Source of the DNA: a plasmid
Strand: one strand, 5' to 3'
Length of the DNA: 64,000 bases
NCBI RefSeq assembly: GCF_056746865.1
Contig: NZ_JBWKMP010000002.1
Under the pieces are notes generated by a model. That model made no database searches. It was given only the letters and a program-made list of their open reading frames with translations, and was not told the DNA's origin. The translations under genes and the position numbers were made by a program. Below are positions 40,844 to 50,459 of this stretch, piece after piece. Within the stretch, counting starts at the first letter, position 1. Each line of letters starts with the position of its first letter.

Positions 40844-42007
40844 ATGAGTGTTTTACTGACAGAACCTACACAGCAAGCTAATGACAAGGTCTTTAAAACG
40901 GCCCATGTTGCCTTTTCAGTAGTTACTGGCACAGGCCGTTACGTCACTGGGCTTAAAGAGTTCCGTGATGCAAACCCTGAACTTTGTACTGAAGTAAGTG
41001 ACCAGAAAGCATGGGCTATCCACCCTTCAGTAATTCAGGTCACGCCAGGCTTCAACTCCCGCGAAATGGGAATGGGTGACGATTACTATAAGCTCCCTGA
41101 GGTTGAAGAACACATCTACAACATCAAGAATGCCTACATTCGAGGTGACTATGTAGACCCTATCCGAGTACGTGTCATTGATGGGGTACCTTTTGTTCGC
41201 CAGGGGCACTGCCGTTTAAAAGCCGCAATGATGGCATGTGATGAAGATCATGACATCACAATCCTTTGCGTTGAGATTAAAGAAGATGAAATTGGCTGTG
41301 AGCTCGCGACCATTGATGGTAACCGTGGTCTTGCGCTTTCTCCTGTTGCGCTTGGCGAGTCCTATCGTCGCCTACATTCTCTTGCTGGCTGGTCACTCGA
41401 ACGAATTGCTCAACGTGAAAATAAAAGCCCGACGACCATCAGTTCTCTTATCCGCCTGACAACCTGTTCTGTTGTTATCAAGAAATGGATTCATGCTGAC
41501 GCTATTTCGTATGTTAACGTGCTTTCACTGATCGATGAGCTCGGCGAAACAGAAGCAATTTCACGTATCAAGAAGATGATCGCAGAACTTGAGCAGGCCG
41601 ATGCGAATGGCATCACGGTGAAAAAAACCCAACATGGTCAGGTACGAGTCAGACCTTCAGACTTCAAGCCAGCACGGATTCCGCCGGTTATTGCCACAAA
41701 AGCCGTAGAAGGCGTCAAACTCATCACCACCAGCTTATTACAGAAACTGGGGGATATTGAATTGCCGGAGCTGACAGATTCAAGTGCTGACGAAGAAATC
41801 AACATTACGTTGAACCGCAGTACTCTGGAGATGTTGAGAAATCTTTCAAAAGAGATCACAGAATCAGAGAACAAGCAGCTTCGCCGTGCGGAGAATCGTC
41901 AGGCAAAACTTAATGGTGAGAAGCCAAAATACCCACGTAAAAAAAATGCTAAGAAGGCAGGGGAAGAGACCGATCAGGATACTGACCCACAGCCGGACGC
42001 AGAATAA
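40844..42007 (+). CDS. ParB/sulfiredoxin-like N-terminal-domain protein, paralog of 36578..37633, with a charged C-terminal tail
   Basis: 387-aa ORF with GFNSRE and VRQGHCRLKAA motifs and a PTTISSLIRLT segment colinear with the paralog; Lys/Glu/Asp-rich C-terminus. Confidence 0.5.
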   Translation: MSVLLTEPTQQANDKVFKTAHVAFSVVTGTGRYVTGLKEFRDANPELCTEVSDQKAWAIHPSVIQVTPGFNSREMGMGDDYYKLPEVEEHIYNIKNAYIRGDYVDPIRVRVIDGVPFVRQGHCRLKAAMMACDEDHDITILCVEIKEDEIGCELATIDGNRGLALSPVALGESYRRLHSLAGWSLERIAQRENKSPTTISSLIRLTTCSVVIKKWIHADAISYVNVLSLIDELGETEAISRIKKMIAELEQADANGITVKKTQHGQVRVRPSDFKPARIPPVIATKAVEGVKLITTSLLQKLGDIELPELTDSSADEEINITLNRSTLEMLRNLSKEITESENKQLRRAENRQAKLNGEKPKYPRKKNAKKAGEETDQDTDPQPDAE

Positions 42008-42095
42008 TTTACTTTTGGCAAAGTGCTGGTTTTGTCAGAGTCATTAAGGATTCAGGCTTTTTGCCCGCCTTTTTTAAACCTCCATGTATCGTTCT

Positions 42096-42124
42096 TGCCC
42101 CGTTTATGCGGGGCTTTTTTTTTG
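42096..42124 (+). terminator. Rho-independent terminator
   Basis: Hairpin GCCCCG-(loop)-GCGGGGC followed by a run of about 10 T, downstream of the 40844..42007 gene. Confidence 0.7.
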
Positions 42125-42254
42125 CTTCTTTCTATGAGTTGACATCTTTAAGTTTTATTCAGAGACATAAAAAACTTTTTCGTGTCACTGAACCTATTAG
42201 GTTACTGAGCGACGTTGCTATCCTGGTAAAAGTTTTTTCTAAAGGACCGGTAAA

Positions 42255-43346
42255 ATGTCATCTCTTGATTCTGAAGCTAAACCCGATAATGCAGGTCACA
42301 GCGTACTGGCTTTAACAACCTCTCATAGCCTGGTGGTTAGCTCTCCTGAAACATTTCTTCCAGATATGCGCAAAGAGCTCGGCATTATCGCGGATCTTGT
42401 TGAGTCCTATAATGATGAACTCTGCTTGTTGAAACTCATGGCTGTCCAGTTCAAAACCCACAATCACCAGAAACTTTATTCTTATCTCTCAGGCTACAAC
42501 CACAGCATCTCAGAAGCGGATGCTTTGTTCGCAGAAAACGCTCTGAGATCAGAATACTGGAAATGCGTTATGGCACTCACTGATGTTTTGCCTATCATGT
42601 CGGATGCCAAACGTAACGAATGGGATAAGCAGTTTACGGCCGACCGTTATATTATGCCGCCTCAGGTGATCCCTGATTTCACAGCTGACGCTGTAGTGGG
42701 CACAGTCGTTGCTTTGCTTAATGACCGCAATCAATTTATTAAAGAAAGGGTTTACGACGTCTTCCAGTCTCTGAGCCGCAGTCACAAGACAAACAAAGCT
42801 TTTGGGTTCTCCACCCGCATGATCACTACCGGAGTTTGCGAGCCGTCTAAATACCCCTGGCAGAAATTAAGGGTGGATTTTAAAGAGTCTGGCATTTCAC
42901 CGCTGAGCGAGCTCCGCGTTATATGCGCATTCTTCCGTGGCGAACAGGTGAAGGCGATCCATAACACCAAATCATTGGTTGAGGCGTTGGTCGAACATGA
43001 GGGGTTCAGAAAATGGATCTGCATCGATGGCAACAGTATTCGTTTCAGGGTTTACAAAAATGGATCAATGCATATTGACGTCCACCCTGATATCGCCGAG
43101 CGGCTTAACAATATTTTATCAGCTATCGTACCGCTGGCATTACCTGCCGACCGTATGGCTCATAGCAAGAAATCTTTGGAGGCATTCCCTGTACTTAAGC
43201 AGTGCATCGACTTTGATACCCGGATGCAGCTTTCTGAACTGATGTTTAAAAATGACGGGGACAATAAATGGAGTTGCTGGACATCTTTAGGGTCTCTAGC
43301 CAACGCAAATCTTCGAGTGTTGCCGCTGACACCCTTCGGTTCTTAG
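42255..43346 (+). CDS. Hypothetical protein; first gene of a duplicated two-gene module (paralog of 57097..57861)
   Basis: 363-aa ORF; N-terminal region shows similarity by eye to 57097..57861 (SPETFLPDMRKELGIIADLVE versus SPEKHRMFMADLGRVVAE). Followed by a methyltransferase-like gene, as in the other copy. Confidence 0.45.
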   Translation: MSSLDSEAKPDNAGHSVLALTTSHSLVVSSPETFLPDMRKELGIIADLVESYNDELCLLKLMAVQFKTHNHQKLYSYLSGYNHSISEADALFAENALRSEYWKCVMALTDVLPIMSDAKRNEWDKQFTADRYIMPPQVIPDFTADAVVGTVVALLNDRNQFIKERVYDVFQSLSRSHKTNKAFGFSTRMITTGVCEPSKYPWQKLRVDFKESGISPLSELRVICAFFRGEQVKAIHNTKSLVEALVEHEGFRKWICIDGNSIRFRVYKNGSMHIDVHPDIAERLNNILSAIVPLALPADRMAHSKKSLEAFPVLKQCIDFDTRMQLSELMFKNDGDNKWSCWTSLGSLANANLRVLPLTPFGS

Positions 43347-43946
43347 GGGCAACAGTAACAAAATACGATGTGACATTTTCCTATGATCCGTGTGAGGTTA
43401 TTCGTTACATCGGCCAGATAGGGGAGATGCCTGATATTGTATCGCATCAGTTTTACCCTTCATCTTGCCGAATCAGCGAATATGATATCTTCCCTGCTTG
43501 GTGCAGGGGAAGGGGATACCCTCCTGGAGCCTAATATTGGCCATGCGGATTTGCTTAAATCATTCCCTGCCGGTGTGATCGTTACTGGCATCGAGCTTGA
43601 TACTTTGAATTGCCTTATCTCCCGGGCTAAGGGATACGATACGACAGAAGCTGACTTCCTCACATGGTCTAAGTCTAATCAACAGAAGAAGTTTGATTAT
43701 GTCGTGATGAACCCACCTTTTGCCGATAACCGGGCCAGGCTGCATCTCCAGGCAGCTGCATCTCATCTCGCAGCCGGGGGATCTCTAGCAGCCGTTCTTC
43801 CATTATCTCTTCAGGGGCTCGATAACCTTTTGGGGGAAGAATTCCGGACGGAATGGATGGACGTTTTTGAGAACGAGTTTGAAAACACGACCGTTTCGGT
43901 TCGCATCCTGTACGCCGAACGTATTCAACAAGAGGAAGTCCTATGA
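43268..43946 (+). pseudogene. Small NPPF-motif SAM-dependent methyltransferase, apparently frameshifted (paralog of 56255..57079)
   Basis: Two overlapping frames (43268..43534 and 43437..43946) together align with the intact paralog: ...QFYP in the first frame, then LLGAGEGDTLLEP (motif I-like) and DYVVMNPPFADN (motif IV) in the second. The frame switch lies near 43455-43470. Confidence 0.5.
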
Positions 43947-44167
43947 GCAACCAACCCACCAGCCTGCCAGAAGAAGATATTGAGTTTGTTATGGATACCT
44001 TTCAGAGGAGCATGGGTAAATCCAAGCCTGTCAGGGATACTCAACTAGAGGGTGAGAAACCGCAAAGTAAAGAGTCCGCAAACTCAACTGAAAACCCCGG
44101 TTATGAAGAATTCTATTAATTACGCTCATGATATCCTGGTGCAGTTATTTAGAATGATATTTGAGGG

Positions 44168-44629
44168 ATGGGGGACATTGTGATTAAAAGGCGTAACATT
44201 CGACGATCAGTTTATGGATTGCTTATTGTTCTTATCGCCGGAAATGTGTGGTTAGGCCTTAGAGCTGATAAAATTCATAAAGTGCGTTATCAGGATTTCT
44301 GGTCACCGGCAACTGTGATTAAAGTAACTGTAATGCCTTCAACGAATGAAACCCAGCTCAGTGGTAAAATCCCTAAATCGGTAAGAGTTTCAAACAATTA
44401 TGTTGAGTACTCGTTACCGGGCACACTCTCGGCCAAGACCATTTACCGAAGCGTGTTAGAAGATGAGATGCTCACTTTGCTTAATGCTGGAGGTCAACTT
44501 GAAGTTAAATACACTCTGGACAAGCAGACAAATCGAACTAAGGTATGCACTAAGTGCTTACGGGTGATTAAAGATATTAACCATCAATATTCAGCCACTG
44601 AGGTAAAGCATGGGCAGTCCAAAATTTGA
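44168..44629 (+). CDS. Membrane-anchored hypothetical protein
   Basis: 153-aa ORF with an N-terminal transmembrane segment (VYGLLIVLIAGNVWLGL). Confidence 0.4.
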   Translation: MGDIVIKRRNIRRSVYGLLIVLIAGNVWLGLRADKIHKVRYQDFWSPATVIKVTVMPSTNETQLSGKIPKSVRVSNNYVEYSLPGTLSAKTIYRSVLEDEMLTLLNAGGQLEVKYTLDKQTNRTKVCTKCLRVIKDINHQYSATEVKHGQSKI

Positions 44630-44891
44630 AATTGCTGAGCAAATTAAAATGTGGATCGTTGTTTATCTAGTTTGCTTTTTAGCACTTTACTGTGTGTTAA
44701 GCGCTCTACATGCGCTTTATGATCCGCTAAATTTACCAGCCCTGACGTGGCCTATCAGCTGGTTCCTGGTGCCTGAAATGACAAGTTTTGGCAGTGCATT
44801 ATTAGCTTTTGTCCTAACGCCAGGCCTTTGCTCTATAATTGCTGTTTTATTCGGTAAGTCTATCTTTAAAAAAGCTAAAACAAAAATATAG
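44610..44891 (+). CDS. Small integral membrane protein
   Basis: 93-aa ORF with two hydrophobic segments; overlaps the upstream stop. Confidence 0.4.
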   Translation: MGSPKFEIAEQIKMWIVVYLVCFLALYCVLSALHALYDPLNLPALTWPISWFLVPEMTSFGSALLAFVLTPGLCSIIAVLFGKSIFKKAKTKI

Positions 44892-44904
44892 AGTTAATTA
44901 GATT

Positions 44905-44950
44905 GGTGGCTCAGGTTTATAAAACCTCTCACTAGTGAGGTTTATTTTTT
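44905..44950 (+). terminator. Rho-independent terminator
   Basis: Hairpin AAACCTCTCACTAGTGAGGTTT followed by a T-run, just after the 44610..44891 ORF. Confidence 0.65.
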
Positions 44951-45341
44951 ATTTTTGGCTGAGATTAACAGCGTTTTCCATAAATGTATCAATAACAACC
45001 GTAAGAGACTGGCTGGTACCATGGCTATACTCAGGCCAGGGTAAAAAAGGATATGAAGAATACGCCATCAACATGATACTGGTTGGGCAACGCCAGTCCG
45101 TTGGAACACCTTTACTGTAATGGACAATCATAGCCGGGCGACTACAATCAATATCTCCAGCGTTTTTATCGAGTACGAAAGTAGCCAGAACGCCGGTGTC
45201 CTTCTGGGATACGAAAACAAGGCTGTCAGTAAAAATAAAGGCCATTAAGGAAGAGGCCAGGAAAGCGCCAGTAAATAAGGACTTCTTCTCTTTCCAAACG
45301 CGTCGAGCATATAACCCCATTAGCGCTACCGCTGAAACCAT
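44949..45341 (-). CDS. Small membrane protein
   Basis: 130-aa hydrophobic ORF. Confidence 0.35.
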   Translation of the reverse strand: MVSAVALMGLYARRVWKEKKSLFTGAFLASSLMAFIFTDSLVFVSQKDTGVLATFVLDKNAGDIDCSRPAMIVHYSKGVPTDWRCPTSIMLMAYSSYPFLPWPEYSHGTSQSLTVVIDTFMENAVNLSQK

Positions 45342-45732
45342 TCCGTACCACTGATAACATTGGGTTTCCTCAACCTAGAAGTGATGGTTTCCCTGTTATT
45401 TTACATAAATTTGACTCAACAGATGCTTTTAAAATCTCGCTTCCTTGAATTTACAAACATATCAGCACAATTGGCAAACATAAAGGAGCAGCGTCTATCA
45501 AAAGTTACTTTTATGATTGGTTGAATACTCATTTTGAAGGCTAAAATCCAAAAAAGTGGATACAAAAAGTTACTTTTGCGTCATCCAGATGCACTGCCGC
45601 CATTTTGCATTCTGTACGTTGGTTGCTTTCTCACTTGATGTCTCTTTTAACAGGCAAATTATCACTTTATCCGACCGGACCTTGTAGGCTGAATCCGTAG
45701 AATAAGGCTATAACCTATTCCCGGAGCATCAT

Positions 45733-48189
45733 ATGCGTAAAACTCTAATTGGCTGCATGGTTGCAACTGCCCTTGCTACTGTATCTTCGGCACATGCTCA
45801 GGTATTTAGCTACTCATTTACAGATACCAATAAGGCTGTTCGGAATATCAAACCTGCAACACAAACATATCTTAATCCCGCTGGTGTTTTGACTCTGAAC
45901 TTGATATCGGGTCTTGATCGGTACGAGCGAGTGACGGTCACACGAGACAGCGATAAAAAGGTTATGTATTCCTCCGTCTCGACCAAAACGAGCGTTGCAG
46001 ATCGTATCGTTGCTGCCGATGGAACAGAATACTATGGAAAGGATATGGTTCTACCGGCGCTCGGAGAAGGGACCTTTACTGTAGTCAATGAAACTCTGGA
46101 TATTCGCCAGACTGTAGTGAGCACATCTACTTATCATTTCATCGTTGATACAACTCCTCCACGCTATAAGAGTATTTATCCGAGTCAAAACGCAGGTTAC
46201 GACATGGTACTTTCTGGGCCACTTTGGGAGTTGGGCCGAGGCGGTAGTGGCCAGTTTTCTATATTTGCAGACGGTATTGAGGATGCTAGTGGAATTGACA
46301 AGATCCGTCTTGTCATTAAACGAAGTAATGGTTCTGTGGTCTCCGACAATAACCTGAGTTATGACACAGCCAATAAACGTGCGTTCTATCCGTGGATTAA
46401 AGATATGAACACCCAGGCTGGCATGCCCTCAAGTGATCTTGATGAAGAATTCACCTTCAATTTCATCGTTACGGACCTGGCAGGAAATACGCTTAACATT
46501 CCTCCCCAGCGGTTTTTATATGACGATCAAATGGGAGAATTTACGCCATTTGCAGTTCATGACTCACGTGTAAGCACCAGTGTTGTACCCGGCATTTCTT
46601 CGGGATACGTCCCGTTTAAACGAGGCCTTACAGTGCTGGAAAACCCCTACAAGTTGGTTATACGTATCCCAAGAACTAACTGGAAGCCATATCGAAATGG
46701 TGGCATGAGCATTACCAATAACTATGGCGGAGTACAGGTCCTTTCCGAAGATGCCACCTATGTCTACGTGGAAGTTAAGCTGCCACAGGGTGCCTTAGAT
46801 GGAAACTACTATAGACCTGTGAATACATATCAATGGTCTGGAGGAGATCTTGGTCAGTATGCCAGCTGGCTCAACTGGGATCCTGCCTCTGTAAAGAGTC
46901 CGGCTTGGGGAAGTTCACCCATAGAACGACAAAAGGCTGATGGAACATGGTTCAACAGCGTAAACTGGAACCTGTTCAAGGCATCTGATATGCCTATAAA
47001 ACTTACTAATATCCGATTCAATGTACAGGCCAGGCCATATGATCAAAAAATCACTGGCGGAGCAACATGCAGTATTCCAGCTGGCTCAACAACCTGTACC
47101 GTCTCTTTGCCCCAGGATATTATAAATGGCACTACCGGTTATCTTCATAGTGGCTATGAAGTAAGGTCAACCACCGAAGCAACCTTCTTTGCCCCTATAT
47201 GGGAGAATATAGCCTGGCATACACTGGGTCCCTCCGTCACTGGATTTGATTACAATGAAACCACCAACATTCTCCAGGTTTACGTGAATCAACCTGGAGA
47301 TGGTTCATATTTCGACCATGTTTATGTAAATCGAGTTTGGTTGTCAGATAAAAACCGTAACAACGCAGAAATAAGCGTAACCGGCAAACAAACAGGTAGA
47401 AATATGGCGTCTGGGAACTACACGTATGAGTTCAACATGAAAGAGGTACCAGAAGGCAGTTATAACGTGGTGATTAATGCCCAAGATACATTCAACAATA
47501 CCGGTAACCTCCCTTATCAAACAGTTGTCGTTGATAATACAGCACCATCTGTAAGTATTAGCTACGAAGGAAAACCGATCAGCAAAAACGTAACAGTATA
47601 TGGGCTGGAGAACGTCCGTATACAGCTCACCGATGCTCTAACTAAACCATCCTTAAGCCGTATGACTCTTCGCGGTGGCCCTGTTTCTGATGCGGTGGAA
47701 TTGTCTTGGGTGAATCTGGGAAACAACCTGTATGCACCTAATTATCCCAAGATCTTTCCGTCTCTTAATGAAGGCGAAACATACACTCTCACAGTTCAGG
47801 CCAAAGATGAGATGAACAACGTTAAAGAAAGCTCAGTCGAATTTAACTACCTTCCAAACAATCTCGTCAGGCTAGAGAATCTGAAAACCTTAGCTGTCAA
47901 TGCTTCTCTCAAAACATCTGACAATACTGCTCTGGCTGTTCTGTATGCCAGCCAGCTGCGTAAAAAGGATGGTTCAATCGCTACAGGGCTTCAGGACGCA
48001 GTGCTTACTGTCCGTAAGGACGCTGCATTCGGCGTGACTGTAAATGGCGTTTCTGCGATGCCAGGTGAAAGCAAAGAGCTTCAACTGGATTTGGGGCTCG
48101 GGGACAGCCGTAGCTTTCCTATTTTCCCTGCTGTATCCGGCCTTACTGGCAGATCTGAGTTCATGATTAACATTGAAGAATTAAAATAA
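45733..48189 (+). CDS. Secreted ~810-aa beta-rich protein, paralog A (possible bacterial Ig-like domain surface protein)
   Basis: 818-aa ORF with a signal peptide (MRKTLIGCMVATALATVSSAHA); colinear with 52381..54801 and 58395..60812 at both ends (N-terminal ISGLDRY block and C-terminal LTVRKDAAFGVTVNGV...SEFMINIEELK block). Confidence 0.8.
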   Translation: MRKTLIGCMVATALATVSSAHAQVFSYSFTDTNKAVRNIKPATQTYLNPAGVLTLNLISGLDRYERVTVTRDSDKKVMYSSVSTKTSVADRIVAADGTEYYGKDMVLPALGEGTFTVVNETLDIRQTVVSTSTYHFIVDTTPPRYKSIYPSQNAGYDMVLSGPLWELGRGGSGQFSIFADGIEDASGIDKIRLVIKRSNGSVVSDNNLSYDTANKRAFYPWIKDMNTQAGMPSSDLDEEFTFNFIVTDLAGNTLNIPPQRFLYDDQMGEFTPFAVHDSRVSTSVVPGISSGYVPFKRGLTVLENPYKLVIRIPRTNWKPYRNGGMSITNNYGGVQVLSEDATYVYVEVKLPQGALDGNYYRPVNTYQWSGGDLGQYASWLNWDPASVKSPAWGSSPIERQKADGTWFNSVNWNLFKASDMPIKLTNIRFNVQARPYDQKITGGATCSIPAGSTTCTVSLPQDIINGTTGYLHSGYEVRSTTEATFFAPIWENIAWHTLGPSVTGFDYNETTNILQVYVNQPGDGSYFDHVYVNRVWLSDKNRNNAEISVTGKQTGRNMASGNYTYEFNMKEVPEGSYNVVINAQDTFNNTGNLPYQTVVVDNTAPSVSISYEGKPISKNVTVYGLENVRIQLTDALTKPSLSRMTLRGGPVSDAVELSWVNLGNNLYAPNYPKIFPSLNEGETYTLTVQAKDEMNNVKESSVEFNYLPNNLVRLENLKTLAVNASLKTSDNTALAVLYASQLRKKDGSIATGLQDAVLTVRKDAAFGVTVNGVSAMPGESKELQLDLGLGDSRSFPIFPAVSGLTGRSEFMINIEELK

Positions 48190-48479
48190 AGCAGGGCTGT
48201 TTTGCTGAAGCACAACGGCCGCCTTCTGATGCGCCGTAGCCCATGTTGTTGCAAATCAGTCCGACGTTCATTGCGTAAGTAACGCTTACTGCGGACCATG
48301 GTAGTGATTAGACTCACTACCATGGTCATTTCACCACATATCTTCTCTGCATTGCTCTTGTTGGGCAGACTAGTAACTCGTCACTAAATTGCAGCTTTTG
48401 TCTTGCTAAGTCGCTGGTATAACTGCACTACGAAATCGTCAAAAGATTTTATCCCTCATGTAGATCCAATAAATGATCC

Positions 48480-49100
48480 CAAAGGTGCCAGAGAGTACAA
48501 AGAAGATCCCGGTACGCTGTAGGCCGCATGGTTACTGGGCTGGAGCATTGTCACTGACAACAGTAGCGACATAAGTGACAACGGGAGTGACTTAAAAGAC
48601 AATGGTAGAGACTATTTCGACGTTGGTAATGATTTTAAGTGACAATGGTAGTGAGGTTAGACTTAAACTTCCACTGTGAGGTAAGGTGACTCGCATTATT
48701 TAAATAAATCATTACTTTCAATTACTTGCGACACGAGTCTGCATGTATGCTTCTATTTCTCAAAAATTTATCCACCGAAAATGCCTGTGGCTGTGATTTA
48801 GCTTTGACGACAGTTTTTATCAGGGAGGCAAGTTGAGACCTGTATAAGAACTAAGCATTTATTTATCCCCATTTTCCACAAGGTAGTTCCAATAATTAGT
48901 ACCTTAGTGTTCCTGATAGATCAAAAGAGATCCCCGCTGCCTCCAGGCCAGACGGCACAAGGCCTGAGACGTGATCAGTGACAACAGTAGTGATTATTTT
49001 GACATTAGTAGTGATTATTATAACGTTGGTAATGAGTTTTTTGACATCAGTAGTGATCAGAGCGACAATAGTAGTGACTTTTCATTAGATCTTTTTAACT
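48480..49100. repeat. Degenerate iteron-like repeats (GACAAYRGTAGTGA core) upstream of the second rep gene
   Basis: Motifs such as CTGACAACAGTAGCGACATAAGTGACAACGGGAGTGAC, AAGTGACAATGGTAGTGAGG, GTGACAACAGTAGTGATTATTTTGACATTAGTAGTGATTATTATAACGTTGGTAATGAG and GCGACAATAGTAGTGACT share a core with the array downstream of the gene. Confidence 0.7.
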
Positions 49101-49296
49101 TGATCTGATCCGTTGTTGATAAGAGTTGCAGGTCATTGTATGCAAAGAGTTTTTGCCAAGTTTTAATGAGTGGAGTCGTTTTTTTAGGTAGAACTTATGC
49201 ACAGATATGGATCATCACAATGATCCATCCAGTGACATAGAGTTCGCTGGGGCTTACTATTCACCAATCTGTTTACACATTCAGTGATAACTTATT

Positions 49297-50383
49297 ATGA
49301 CTAAAGAGAAAGATACTGAGCAGCAGGACCTGGTCACCAGGGCTTTCTCTGTTAGAGAGAAAGAATCAGGTAAAGACATCATTTTGCGTCCTAACAGCAA
49401 CCGTACGGTGCAGTCTATTGCTTTGATGCGGCTCGGGCTGTTCGTCCCATCACCAAAGAGTGTGGGGCGTCAAAATCGGGAATATAAAACGGTTGGCTTT
49501 GACGCAACGAAAGAGTTACAGACGCTCTCTTTAATGGAGAGCGAGGGGTTCACCAATATTTCAATTGTCGGTGAGCGTCTTAATATGTCAGTAGATTTTA
49601 AGACGTGGATGGGCATCATTCGAACCTATGCCAATCATCCGATTAACAATGACACGATAAGCTTAAAATTCACTGAATTCCTCAAGCTATGTACGCCTGA
49701 AAATTATCGCTCATCTACAGCGTCCAGAAAACGTATAGACGCCTCCTTACGCAGGTTAGCATCCGTTACCTTGTCGTTCACCAGTAATAACTCGTCCAGT
49801 CTATACAACGCATCTGGTACAGTCTGCCCTGTTAGACCCGGAATCAGATCAGGTTGTCCTTCAGGTTGATCCTAAGATTTTCGAGCTCTATCAATACGAT
49901 CATAAGGTTTTGATGCAGCTGAAGGCAATTAAGGAGTTGGCCAAGAAGGAAAGCGCCCAGGCTCTCTATACGTTCATAGAGTCATTACCGCCAAATCCTA
50001 TACCGATATCCCTTACTCGGCTGAAAAATCGTCTGAACCTCAAAACACGAGCAAATAGTCAGAATGCTACCGTGAGAAAGGCTCTTGAAGAGTTGGCATC
50101 GATAGGATACCTCAAGTACACCGAAATTAAGAAAGACGGAAAAGTATACTTCCAGATTCATAAGCGGGATCCCGATCTGAATTTGAACAATACTCAGCCT
50201 CCTTTAGAAGTGGTTGAAGATGAAGAAGAGAACTCAGGGTCTTCTGTTTTAGAAGGTGAGTTATGCCCACCAGCTGACCCGATTGACGGCGATGATGTTC
50301 TTACCGTCCATGATTTAACCGCTGAAGAACTGCGCTATATTCGTAGTCTTCGAAGCCAGAAAAAGAACAGCAACGCCAGCTAA
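49297..50383 (+). pseudogene. Second Rep_3-type replication initiator, split by an apparent frameshift
   Basis: ORFs 49297..49869 and 49910..50383 are colinear with the N- and C-terminal halves of the 35226..36101 Rep (VQSIALMRLGLFVPSP versus VQPVALLRLSVFTPVG; C-terminal [26 protein letters not shown] versus ELESIGYLDYQEVKKGRDIQFQIFKR). The frame changes near 49800. Confidence 0.6.
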
Positions 50384-50459
50384 AGTTAACCCGGCGGTTT
50401 AGGCTCCGGGTGCTAAATTACTTCTTCGATTTTCGTTAGTCCCAGCCCGCTCTTTCACG

